A DNA stretch of 21,322 nucleotides, taken from contig JBNPEG010000116.1 in the NCBI GenBank assembly GCA_051117555.1, positions 1-21,322 on the forward strand, written 5' to 3'. Source of the DNA: Elainellaceae cyanobacterium. Lineage in GTDB: Bacteria > Cyanobacteriota > Cyanobacteriia > CAZCXK01. Position numbers and translations under genes: made by a program. Of this stretch, positions 1 through 9,037 are shown one piece after another. How positions within the stretch are numbered: the first letter of the stretch is position 1; the number at the start of each line of letters is the position of its first letter. The notes under the pieces are model-generated. The model had not been told where the DNA came from and ran no database searches. It saw only the letters and a program-made list of their open reading frames with translations.

Positions 1-18
1 AAGGGGCATTCAAGAAAG

Positions 19-154
19 GCGCAGCCTTGCCGAAGGCAATAACCCAACGCCCGCATGGGTTACGCTATCGCTTTAGCGAAGCCATGCCCGAAGGGCTATA
101 CCCATCCTACATTTGATTCCGCCCACCGCTCACAACCCATCTGGGATTGCTATA
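19..154. repeat. Composite cyanobacterial MITE/SDR-like repeat; its left end probably lies outside the window
   Basis: Ends in ATCTGGGATTGCTATA (139-154). Bases 119-152 align closely with 6853-6887. Contains two related mini-hairpins GCG(C/A)AGCC..GCC(C)-GAA-(G)GGC (19-39 and 76-96) and a TAACCCA/TGGGTTA inverted repeat (40-46, 56-62). Confidence 0.7.
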
Positions 155-333
155 TCTGAAAGTTTGGGTTACATTACATTCCTTAACGGTTCACGACTCA
201 TCTGCATCATTTTTACAATTCAAGACTTAAAATAGAATTTCTGTCTTCTTGGCTCATCGATTAGGTGTCTTACCTATGGTCAATGAGTGACGTATCAGAA
301 CACCCTACTGTTGTGAATCGGTGACTTCTTGTT

Positions 334-834
334 GTGGTTCTTTGGCTAAGCTCCGAGCATTTACAACACATCGCTGCTCATGCCGAACACACTTACCCGG
401 ACGAGTGTTGCGGCATTATGTTAGGCACAGATCAGCAGGGCGATCGCCCCTGCAAAATTTTGGTGGAGCTTTGGAGCGTTGGCAATGCATGGGATGTAGA
501 TGCCGCGAATGCCATGGCCGATGTTGATACTCGATTTAACGCTGATGATTTCACAAAATCTCGACGCTACTGGATTGATCCGCTCGATATGCTGTCTGCT
601 CAGCGATATGCGCGCGATCGCCAGATGAATATCATCGGAATTTATCACTCTCATCCAGACCATTCGGCTACTCCATCCGAGTGCGATCGCGCCTGTGCTT
701 GGCCTCAATATTCGTATGTGATTGCCTCGGTTCAACGAGGGCGGGTCAGCGACATCCTCAGTTGGACGCTCAACCCTCAGCATCAGTTTGAAGCCGAACC
801 GATGCTTACAACAGAAGCATCAACCCGGGTATGA
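334..834 (+). CDS. Mov34/MPN/JAB (M67 family, Mec-like) metallopeptidase
   Basis: N-terminal YPDECCG (catalytic Glu) and JAMM motif GIYHSHPDHSATPSECD (HxHx7SxxD). GTG start. Directly upstream of an E1-like gene. Confidence 0.9.
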   Translation: MVLWLSSEHLQHIAAHAEHTYPDECCGIMLGTDQQGDRPCKILVELWSVGNAWDVDAANAMADVDTRFNADDFTKSRRYWIDPLDMLSAQRYARDRQMNIIGIYHSHPDHSATPSECDRACAWPQYSYVIASVQRGRVSDILSWTLNPQHQFEAEPMLTTEASTRV

Positions 835-918
835 TTCATCAATAAATCGATGAACAATCTGCCCCACACTCCGACGGTTTGATTCCTATCCACTTCAATT
901 TATTTCCGCCCAATTGCC

Positions 919-2091
919 ATGCTGAATCCCAATTTGAATGATATTCAATTAACTCGCGAAGAATATGAGCGCTATTCGCGCCATCTAATCCTGCCAGAAG
1001 TCGGGCTAGACGGACAAAAACGCCTCAAAGCCGCCAGCGTGCTCTGTATCGGCACAGGAGGATTGGGGTCGCCGCTGCTTCTATATCTTGCTGCCGCAGG
1101 TATCGGTCGCTTAGGAATTGTCGACTTTGACGTGGTCGATCGCTCAAATCTCCAGCGTCAGGTTATCCATGGGACTTCATGGGTCGGCAAGCCCAAGATC
1201 GAATCCGCAAAACATCGGATTCTCGAAATTAATCCGGCTTGCCAGGTCGACCTCTATGAAACTCGTCTCAGTTCTGAGAACGCGTTAGATCTCATCAAAG
1301 ACTATGACCTCGTCGTTGATGGCACCGACAATTTTCCAACGCGCTATCTGGTTAACGATGCCTGTGTCTTGCTAAACAAGCCAAACGTCTATGGCTCAAT
1401 TTTCCGATTTGAAGGGCAGGCAACCGTCTTTAACTACGAAGACGGTCCCAACTATCGCGACCTTTATCCTGAGCCCCCCCCTCCTGGGCTCGTGCCTTCG
1501 TGCGCAGAAGGAGGAGTTTTGGGTGTCCTTCCTGGGATCATCGGCACCATTCAAGCAACCGAAACTATCAAAATCATTCTGGGAAAAGGCACGACACTTA
1601 ACGGACGCCTGTTGCTCTTCGATTCCCTCAATATGTCGTTTAGAGAACTAAAGCTTCGCCCCAATCCAGAGCGTCCAATTATCGAAAAACTGATCGATTA
1701 CGAGCAGTTTTGTGGCATTCCCCAAGCCAAAGCAGCAGAAGCCCAACAGCAAGCAGCCATGGAAGAAATCACCGTTCAAGAACTCAAGCAACTACTCGAC
1801 AGCAGTTCTCAAGAGTTTGTTCTGCTCGATGTCCGCAATCCCCATGAGTATGACATTGCTAAGATTCCCGGATCGGTCTTGGTTCCGCTATCCGAAATCG
1901 AAAATGGCGAAGGAATAAACAAAGTTAAAGATCTGGTCAATGGTCATCGTCTCGTCGTTCACTGTAAGGCGGGATCGCGATCGGCCAAGGCGATTGGCAT
2001 TCTTAAAGAGTTAGGGATCGAAGGAACTAACGTCAAGGGTGGGATTCTAGCTTGGAGTCGTGAAGTCGACGCTTCCGTTCCTGAATATTAG
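919..2091 (+). CDS. moeB: Sulfur-carrier adenylyltransferase/sulfurtransferase MoeB/MoeZ (ThiF/E1 domain plus C-terminal rhodanese)
   Basis: RYSRHLIL, nucleotide-binding GTGGLG, DFDVVDRSNLQRQ, DGTDNF, SCAEGGVLG; rhodanese motifs LLDVR..E, HCKAGSRS and GGILAW. Confidence 0.93.
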   Translation: MLNPNLNDIQLTREEYERYSRHLILPEVGLDGQKRLKAASVLCIGTGGLGSPLLLYLAAAGIGRLGIVDFDVVDRSNLQRQVIHGTSWVGKPKIESAKHRILEINPACQVDLYETRLSSENALDLIKDYDLVVDGTDNFPTRYLVNDACVLLNKPNVYGSIFRFEGQATVFNYEDGPNYRDLYPEPPPPGLVPSCAEGGVLGVLPGIIGTIQATETIKIILGKGTTLNGRLLLFDSLNMSFRELKLRPNPERPIIEKLIDYEQFCGIPQAKAAEAQQQAAMEEITVQELKQLLDSSSQEFVLLDVRNPHEYDIAKIPGSVLVPLSEIENGEGINKVKDLVNGHRLVVHCKAGSRSAKAIGILKELGIEGTNVKGGILAWSREVDASVPEY

Positions 2092-2182
2092 GCATTTGAA
2101 GAAGCAATCTGCAAAATTGCTAGTGCTGTGCTAGACGGTCGGGTTTTACTTCTACGCCGTCAGACATTAGCCATCAGACATT

Positions 2183-2213
2183 AAAGGGGGACTCATCAGA
2201 AAGGTCCCCCTTT
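2183..2213. terminator. Probable bidirectional intrinsic terminator between convergent moeB and rnj
   Basis: Perfect 10-bp stem AAAGGGGGAC / GTCCCCCTTT with an 11-nt loop and A/T tails on both sides. Confidence 0.65.
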
Positions 2214-2393
2214 GTAATGGCTACGAATGTACAGCCCTAGGGGCTCAGGTTTGTGTCTAGACCGCGCGGCGCGCGAGTTCTACACACGTTCAGCATCCTA
2301 ACGCGAGAGCGTAAGGCCATAATGGCTAAGAAAAGTCGATGCCAGCTATGATGCGGTTTTTTTAGAAGGTAGTGAGGAACACTACATCTACAC

Positions 2394-4151
2394 CTAAGAT
2401 GCTACCGCTGATGACTGGCGATTCCCTTTGACAGGAGCCGGTGGCTCAATGGGGCTTTGTAGCATGAACAGCAACAATGGATTGCTCTTATACTCGCGTC
2501 GGAGAGCCCGCCGAAGTCCAGCTTCGATATGAGCTTGAAGTTTTGTCCAATCAACGTCCATCTCATTATTGGCAAACGTGTGAGTAAACTCAGACCACCG
2601 ATCTCGCAGCACATCTTCGATGGTTGACGTTGCGATATCTTCTAGACGAGATGGTGATGCTGATGTCACCACACCTCGTAAATGAAGTTGGGGCTTCGAC
2701 ACGAGTTTGCCATTCCAATCGACTGATGCTGCGATCGTGATGACGCCATCTCCAGCAAGCTGTTGGCGATCCTTGAGAACTCGCTCATGCACCATGCCAG
2801 ACCGAGATGCATCGACCAATTCGATACCAGATTGAACAGTTCCGGCGATTTTGATGCTGTCTTGGGTCAGTTCAATGACATCACCATTATTGACAATCAC
2901 CATATTTTCTTTAGGAATTCCCATGTTCTGAGCCGTTTGCGAATGCTTTATCAGCATCCGATGCTCACCGTGGACTGGCACAAAGAATTTAGGTCGGGTC
3001 ATCGCCAACATTAACTTCTGGTCTTCTTGAGAACCATGCCCTGAGACATGCAGACCTTCTTGACGCCCGTATAACACTTTTGCACCCTGCATCATCAACT
3101 TGTCAATTGTGTTGACGACTGCAATGGTGTTGCCCGGAATGGGGTTTGCCGAAAATACAATCGTATCCCCTTCTTGGACTCTGATTTGCCGATGCTCTTT
3201 ATTAGAAATGCGAGTTAAGGCGGCCATCGGCTCACCCTGCGACCCCGTTGTCAAGATGAGAACGCCTTCGGGAGGCATCTTGTTAATCTTATTCAACGGC
3301 ATAAACAAATCATCGCTGCATTTGATATAACCCAGCGTACGCGCTTGAGCAATCACGTTTAACATCGATCGCCCCACGACGGCTACCATGCGGCGATGCT
3401 TTTGAGCCAGTTCTAGGATCATGTTGATTCGATGTACCGATGAGGCAAACGTGGTGACAATCAACCGTCCTGGGGCTTGATGAAACACACGATCGAGATT
3501 GGGATATACAGATCGCTCTGACGGAGTTTGTCCTGGAACCTCTGCATTCGTCGAATCGCTCAGCAGACACAGTACACCTTTTTCGCCATGCTCAGCGAGT
3601 TTCTGAAAGTCAAAAAACTCTCCATCGACTGGCGTATGGTCAACCTTGAAATCTCCGGAGTGGATCACAACCCCAATTGGCGTATGAATTGCAACAGTGA
3701 AGCTGTCAGCAATGGAGTGCGTATTGCGGATATATTCTACAAAGAAAGATTTGCCGATGCGAACCATATCACGAGGACGAACCGTACGCAGTTCTGTGCG
3801 ATCGGCAACGCCTGCCTCTTCTAGCTTGCCCTCTAACAATGACATTGCTAATCGAGGACCATAAATGACAGGAATATCAAACTGTTTGAGATGAAATGCA
3901 ATTCCGCCAATATGGTCTTCGTGACCGTGCGTTACAACCATTCCCTTAATTTTGTGGCGATTTTCACGCAGGTACGTCATGTCCGGTAAAACAATATTGA
4001 CCCCGTGCATGCCGTCTGTCGGAAATGATAAGCCTGCATCAATCAAAATAATTTCGTCATTGATTTCAAAGACACAGGTATTCTTACCAATCTCGTGCAG
4101 ACCTCCGAGAGGGATGATTTTAAGGGTGCTTGAAGGTTCGTTCTGACTCAT
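2394..4151 (-). CDS. rnj: Ribonuclease J (metallo-beta-lactamase/beta-CASP)
   Basis: IIPLGGLHEIGKN, THGHEDHIG (HxHxDH), HSIAD, SGDFK, TGSQGEP, HVSGH, PVHGE. Start moved to the ATG at 4151 (MSQNEP), which has AGGA upstream; the ORF-track extension to 4223 is probably not translated. Confidence 0.96.
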   Translation of the reverse strand: MSQNEPSSTLKIIPLGGLHEIGKNTCVFEINDEIILIDAGLSFPTDGMHGVNIVLPDMTYLRENRHKIKGMVVTHGHEDHIGGIAFHLKQFDIPVIYGPRLAMSLLEGKLEEAGVADRTELRTVRPRDMVRIGKSFFVEYIRNTHSIADSFTVAIHTPIGVVIHSGDFKVDHTPVDGEFFDFQKLAEHGEKGVLCLLSDSTNAEVPGQTPSERSVYPNLDRVFHQAPGRLIVTTFASSVHRINMILELAQKHRRMVAVVGRSMLNVIAQARTLGYIKCSDDLFMPLNKINKMPPEGVLILTTGSQGEPMAALTRISNKEHRQIRVQEGDTIVFSANPIPGNTIAVVNTIDKLMMQGAKVLYGRQEGLHVSGHGSQEDQKLMLAMTRPKFFVPVHGEHRMLIKHSQTAQNMGIPKENMVIVNNGDVIELTQDSIKIAGTVQSGIELVDASRSGMVHERVLKDRQQLAGDGVITIAASVDWNGKLVSKPQLHLRGVVTSASPSRLEDIATSTIEDVLRDRWSEFTHTFANNEMDVDWTKLQAHIEAGLRRALRREYKSNPLLLFMLQSPIEPPAPVKGNRQSSAVAS

Positions 4152-4305
4152 GTAAATCCTATATAGATAACGGTTTTCAGCGACTCCACTGCATGATAGA
4201 AATAATGGAGTCAATAGAGGCAAGCCTAGTTCTGAATGACAGCTTGTTACCTCAGAGGGTGAACGTGCATTGCACGATTTAGATAGAACTATTCGATTGA
4301 ATGGT

Positions 4306-4327
4306 TAGCGAGACTATAGCGAGACTA
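4306..4327. repeat. 11-bp perfect tandem duplication TAGCGAGACTA x2
   Basis: Seen directly in the dapA-rnj intergenic region. Confidence 0.8.
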
Positions 4328-4474
4328 TTTAGTTGTCAGGAAACCTATCGGAGAACTGCGGTGGCTGAGATGCTTTAAGCAATTAGGCAGGTTTGGGGGT
4401 TGAGGCTCTACGTCTATTACCATGATGCCAATACTTAAATGCTGACCTTTGATTCTGACCTCTCGAGATAGTGA

Positions 4475-5368
4475 CTAAGACGCTGGTAAAAGGTCTAATG
4501 TGCTCATTGCGGACTTCAGCGTTTGGGTGAGGGTAGATGTGTTGTCAGCTAACGGCAGGCGCGTTGCGCCAACGTGCCAACCTTGAAGCTGTAATGCCAC
4601 CTTAATGGAAATTGGATTGGTTGTGGCGAATAGCGCTTTGAACAATGGAAATAGACGCAAATGGGTATGGATTGCAGCCTTATTCTGCCCCGCCTCAAAC
4701 GAACGAATCATATTCTGAATTTGCTCACCGACTAAATGACTAGCAACGCTTACAACCCCTTGACTTCCCACAGCCAGCATAGGGAGCGTAAGCGAATCAT
4801 CACCTGAATAGATGCTGAAGTCGGGAGATGTCAACGCACGAACCTGACTGACCTGATCGAGTTTGCCGCTTGCCTCTTTAACGCCAACAACATTGTCGAG
4901 CTCTGCAAGTCGAGCGATGGTTTCGGGGGCCAGATTTTGCCCCGTTCGACCTGGGATGTTGTAAAGCACCATTGGCAAATCTAAGCTTGCTTCAGCGATC
5001 GCGCGAAAATGTTGATATAGCCCATCCTGGGGAGGCTTATTATAGTACGGTACGACCTGCAACGTGCCGTCTAGCTTAAGTTTATCAGCTTTTTGGGTTG
5101 CAGCGATCGCCTCACGGGTGGAGTTTGAACCTGTGCCTGCAATAACTTTGGCCTTGCCAGAGACGGCACGCTGAACAACTTGAAAAAGCTGATACTCTTC
5201 ATCCCACGTTAATGTTGGGGATTCTCCAGTCGTGCCGCAAATAACCAGTGCATCGCTTCCATGATCGACTAAATGTGTTGCTAATCGTTCAGCAACAGCG
5301 TAATTCACGCTGCCGTCTTCACTAAACGGCGTAATCATCGCTGTAATAACTCGTCCAAAGCTGGTCAC
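4475..5368 (-). CDS. dapA: 4-hydroxy-tetrahydrodipicolinate synthase
   Basis: [29 protein letters not shown], Schiff-base Lys in GVKEASG, SGDD. GTG start with a GAGGAG RBS. Confidence 0.97.
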   Translation of the reverse strand: MTSFGRVITAMITPFSEDGSVNYAVAERLATHLVDHGSDALVICGTTGESPTLTWDEEYQLFQVVQRAVSGKAKVIAGTGSNSTREAIAATQKADKLKLDGTLQVVPYYNKPPQDGLYQHFRAIAEASLDLPMVLYNIPGRTGQNLAPETIARLAELDNVVGVKEASGKLDQVSQVRALTSPDFSIYSGDDSLTLPMLAVGSQGVVSVASHLVGEQIQNMIRSFEAGQNKAAIHTHLRLFPLFKALFATTNPISIKVALQLQGWHVGATRLPLADNTSTLTQTLKSAMSTLDLLPAS

Positions 5369-5595
5369 ACCTGACTAACTCCTCATGTTTTAATCAATAA
5401 AATTCTGTTCGATGAATTTAGAAGCGCTCCAAATGATTATTTACACTGCTCTAAACGGTTAAACGTTTTAGATGAGTAGGATACTAAATCTGAGCAAAAT
5501 CTACTTTCCTGAATTTGACCATGATACGCATCTAATAAGCGTCCAAACCATTGAGATATCATGATCAACTGATAGAGCATTTGTAGCAAAACCAA

Positions 5596-6645
5596 TTATT
5601 TGGCGCCGACAACCGCTCTGCTGCTGGGCTTAATCAAATCTTGATCAGCCAAAACTTCAGCAATTTGAACTGCATTTAGAGCTGCGCCTTTGCGAATCTG
5701 ATCGCCGCACAACCAAATCTCCAATCCGCACGGGTTAGAAATATCAGTCCGGATTCGACCCACAAGAACATCATCTTGCCCAGTCGCATCGATAGGCATC
5801 GGGAAATAATTTGCTTGCCAATCCTCGATTAGCTTGATGCCGGGTGATTGGCTTAAAATTTCTCTTGCCCGATTAACACTAAATGGCGTATCAAATTCTA
5901 AGGTTATGGACTCGGAATGGGCTCGAAGAACTGGAACTCGGACGCAGGTTGCTTTGATGCGCAAATCAGGAACCTTAAAGATCTTACGGGTTTCATTGAC
6001 CATCTTCATTTCTTCTTCACAATACCCCTGCTCATCTAGGGATGAATTGTGAGGGAACAGATTGAACGCTAATGGATATGGAAATATAGCCGCTGTCGGA
6101 TCGTGGCCGTTTAAGATGGCTTGCGCTTGTTCTTTAACTTCCTCCATTGCTCGTGCACCAGCACCGCTAGCCGATTGATAGGTCGCCGCTAAAATTCGCT
6201 GAACCTGCTGCACCTGATGCAGCGGCCAAACCGCGATCGCCATTAAAATCGTCGTGCAATTTGGATTGGCAATTATTCCATTGTGAGATGCGAGCGCCTC
6301 TGGATTGACCTCTGGAACGACCAAAGGCACCTCCGGACTCATCCGAAACGCACTAGAGTTATCAATAACAACAGCACCTGCCGCAACGGCTTTAGGAGCC
6401 CATGTTTTTGATACGGAGCCACCTGCTGACGCTAGAACCAAATCTACATCATCGAAGGCGCGATCGCTCACAGATTCGACGGTCAGCGTTTCCCCTCGAA
6501 ACGTCAATGTGCTTCCAGCAGAACGCTCTGAGGCAAGCAACTTTAGATTCGATATCGGGAAATGTCGCTGCTCTAGCAAGTCCAGCAATTCATTCCCGAC
6601 AGCGCCAGTTGCTCCTAAAATGGCAACTCGATATGTCTGAGGCAA
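5596..6645 (-). CDS. asd: Aspartate-semialdehyde dehydrogenase
   Basis: GATGAVG, DNSSAFRM, ANPNCTT (catalytic Cys), YQSASGAG, CVRVPVLRAHSE, DQIRKGAALNA. TTG start with a GGAGG RBS. Confidence 0.97.
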   Translation of the reverse strand: MPQTYRVAILGATGAVGNELLDLLEQRHFPISNLKLLASERSAGSTLTFRGETLTVESVSDRAFDDVDLVLASAGGSVSKTWAPKAVAAGAVVIDNSSAFRMSPEVPLVVPEVNPEALASHNGIIANPNCTTILMAIAVWPLHQVQQVQRILAATYQSASGAGARAMEEVKEQAQAILNGHDPTAAIFPYPLAFNLFPHNSSLDEQGYCEEEMKMVNETRKIFKVPDLRIKATCVRVPVLRAHSESITLEFDTPFSVNRAREILSQSPGIKLIEDWQANYFPMPIDATGQDDVLVGRIRTDISNPCGLEIWLCGDQIRKGAALNAVQIAEVLADQDLIKPSSRAVVGAK

Positions 6646-6799
6646 ATTAAATTCCTCCCATCACTAAAATACCATTGGTGAATGTCACTATAAAATTTAC
6701 GGATACTTTTAAGATTATTTAAGACTATAAAGTCTGATAGAAATCCCTTGGTGCTTATTGATTCCTAATTCCTGAATGACTTCCTTAATACTTGACAGA

Positions 6800-6887
6800 T
6801 AGCGATCCCAAATCGCTTGTGAATCGTGTGTGAGTAGTGAATCGGACGGCGCCCGCCCCACCACTCACACCCTATCTGGGATTGTTA
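6800..6887. mobile_element. MITE-like repeat, an apparently complete copy of about 88 bp
   Basis: Imperfect terminal inverted repeats TAGCGATCCCAAAT / ATCTGGGATTGTTA (11/14) and an inner inverted repeat GTGTGAGTAGTG / CACCACTCACAC (11/12). The right half matches 119-152. Confidence 0.65.
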
Positions 6888-7154
6888 GAGATTAATTCGG
6901 ATGCAGCTTTGGCACACAAATCAATATAAAAGTAATGGTAATGTCTAAAAAGAATACTAAGCCTATCGTATCAAACGTTCCTATAAATTTACCGCGTATC
7001 TAATTTACATTCATCCTAGTCAATTATTTTAATTATCTCATTTTTTAATCTTGACGGCGTTGAATCATGCCAGAAGCTTGCAATCATAGACCATTGATTG
7101 ATTGAGACGTTAGGCAATATGAATAGTTGCAGTCATCACAAAATTTACCCCAGC

Positions 7155-7214
7155 CGGGGGCAACGCCCCCAAACCCCTTTGGATTCTCCCAAAAATTGGT
7201 TTGGGATTGCTATA
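7155..7214. repeat. Third, partial or variant copy of the TGGGATTGCTATA-ended repeat
   Basis: Ends in TTTGGGATTGCTATA (7200-7214), with TGGGATTGCTATA identical to 142-154. Internal hairpin GGGGGC-AAC-GCCCCC. Left boundary uncertain. Confidence 0.55.
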
Positions 7215-7351
7215 TCAGGTTATTGATTCAATCAAACCCACCGACTTGCGACAGAATCGGTTAGTATAGCTAATTGCGGAAAGCATAGTGATTCTGCCAA
7301 TCAGACATTGCTAACCGGAAATCCTTCAAGACGCTGCAACGAGAAGTTCTG

Positions 7352-8953
7352 ATGAAAGTTACCCAGGAAAAGTTACCCGCTAGCCAACTCGGTTTAGAAA
7401 TCGAAATTCCATCTGAGATGTCTCGCGATGCGTACGAGAAGACACTCCAAGAATTCAAGCGTTCTGTCAAAGTTCCTGGATTTCGAAAGGGGAAAGTGCC
7501 CCGCCAGGTTTTGATTCAGCGATTTGGCTCTGAGCGACTCAAAGCAGCCGTCTTAGAAGAGTTGGTCGAGGATGGCATTAGGAAAGCAGTCGAACAAGAA
7601 GATATCGAAGCCATCGGCAATTTCCAGCTTCGTTCATCGTTTGAGGACCTCCTCAAGCAATTTGAACCGGGAGCAGCATTGACCTTTTCGGCTGCCGTTG
7701 ATGTTCAACCGGAAGCAACATTAACGCAGTATAAGGGGCTAGAGGTCAAAGCTGAAGAGGTTCAATACGATCCTCAAAACGTTGAAAACATTCTGAGCGA
7801 TTACCAAAATCGCGTGGCAACCCAGGTGCCGGTCGAAGATCGGGCAGCCCAGATTGGAGATATTGCAATTGTTGACTTTGTAGGACGTTTGACGGGTGGT
7901 GATTCTGAGGCAGACTCTGAGGAGGACTCTGAAGCAGAGGATGAGTCTCGTGAAATACCCGGTGGTTCAGCCGAAGATTTTCAGATTGAGTTACAGAGCG
8001 ATCGCTTTATTGAAGGATTCGTTGATGGCATCGTCGGCATGAACCCCGGTGAGACTCGTGAACTTTCGGTCACATTTCCAGACGATTACCCTCAACAAGA
8101 GCTAGCAGGGAAGCCAGCCGTCTTTACCGTAACGCTCAAAGATTTGAAGGAAAAAGAGCTTCCAGAACTGGATGACGATTTCGCTCAAGAAGTCAGCGAA
8201 TTTGAAACGATGGACGAATTGCGCAAATCGCTAGAGTCTCGATATCAGGAAGAAGCTCAGCAGCAAACCAAGTCCAATAAAGAAGACGCTCTAACTGAAG
8301 CCCTCGTGGATCAGTTGAGCGTTGAGCTGCCGGAAACACTGATTCGGCGTGAGGTCGACTTTTTAGTGACTCAAACCGCGATGCAGCTTGAAAATCAAGG
8401 GCTTGATATTCGCAAAATGCTGACGCCTGAGTTGATCGAACAGATGAGAGCGCGATCGCGCCCAGAAGCCATCACTCGCCTACGGCGTACATTGGCGCTG
8501 GGTGAAGTTGCGAAGCAGGAATCTATTCAAGTTGAGCCTGATGCGGTTAAGGCAAAAGTTGATGAAATCATGGCGAATTTAAGCGATCGAGACGTTGATC
8601 GCGATCGCCTTATACAAGTCGTCGAAGAAGACCTGCTGAAAGAAAAGATTCTCGCGTGGCTCGAAGAACATGCCACCGTCGAATTAGTTCCTGAAGGCTC
8701 TCTACAACCTGAAGAGGCTGAATCCACTGAGAACGTAACTCCAGAAAGTGAACCCGAGAGTGAACCCGATGCCTCATCGGCTGTAGTAGACGTAGAAGCA
8801 TCCACTGAGGTCACACCTTCAGAGGCTGACAATGCTGAACCCGAACGCCCAGAAACTTCCGAATCGTCTGCTCCATCTGGCAAGAAGACCACTCAAGAGA
8901 CGTCGGAGTCCACCGAGCCAGAATCATTAAACGACCCGAAATCAAAATCGTGA
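7352..8953 (+). CDS. tig: Trigger factor, with an acidic insertion and a long acidic C-terminal tail
   Basis: Ribosome-binding signature VPGFRKGKVP; FKBP-type region (VDFVG, FIEGF, FPDDY, LAGK, F.V.LK); LPELDDDFA; position upstream of clpP-clpX. Confidence 0.97.
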   Translation: MKVTQEKLPASQLGLEIEIPSEMSRDAYEKTLQEFKRSVKVPGFRKGKVPRQVLIQRFGSERLKAAVLEELVEDGIRKAVEQEDIEAIGNFQLRSSFEDLLKQFEPGAALTFSAAVDVQPEATLTQYKGLEVKAEEVQYDPQNVENILSDYQNRVATQVPVEDRAAQIGDIAIVDFVGRLTGGDSEADSEEDSEAEDESREIPGGSAEDFQIELQSDRFIEGFVDGIVGMNPGETRELSVTFPDDYPQQELAGKPAVFTVTLKDLKEKELPELDDDFAQEVSEFETMDELRKSLESRYQEEAQQQTKSNKEDALTEALVDQLSVELPETLIRREVDFLVTQTAMQLENQGLDIRKMLTPELIEQMRARSRPEAITRLRRTLALGEVAKQESIQVEPDAVKAKVDEIMANLSDRDVDRDRLIQVVEEDLLKEKILAWLEEHATVELVPEGSLQPEEAESTENVTPESEPESEPDASSAVVDVEASTEVTPSEADNAEPERPETSESSAPSGKKTTQETSESTEPESLNDPKSKS

Positions 8954-8994
8954 CGATTAATTTCAGGTCACGTCTGATTAGATTCGGTGACTGT

Positions 8995-9032
8995 TTAATT
9001 AAGTCACTGGGCGTTAATTAAGTCACTGGGCG
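8995..9032. repeat. 19-bp perfect tandem duplication TTAATTAAGTCACTGGGCG x2
   Basis: Units at 8995-9013 and 9014-9032 are identical. Confidence 0.9.
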
Positions 9033-9037
9033 AACTA

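Noticed and set aside
334..2091. CBASS/Bil-type E1-JAB anti-phage system
   Set aside because: No E2 domain, cyclase or effector. The E1 is a rhodanese-fused MoeZ type typical of sulfur-carrier metabolism.
2183..2213. Hammerhead ribozyme core (CTGATGAG on the minus strand)
   Set aside because: No correctly placed GAAA after a stem II and no stems I or III. The motif lies in a terminator-like hairpin.
6646..7000. Lysine riboswitch upstream of asd/dapA
   Set aside because: No recognisable L-box conserved segments. The structure present is explained by the MITE-like repeat.
7270..7470. 66-aa minus-strand ORF at the tig start
   Set aside because: Antisense to the tig 5' end, with no RBS or recognisable motif.
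8527..8892. Antisense and alternative-frame ORFs (e.g. 8527-8892, 421-783, 6305-6640, 16717-17064)
   Set aside because: Shadow ORFs fully inside well-supported genes, with no family motifs.
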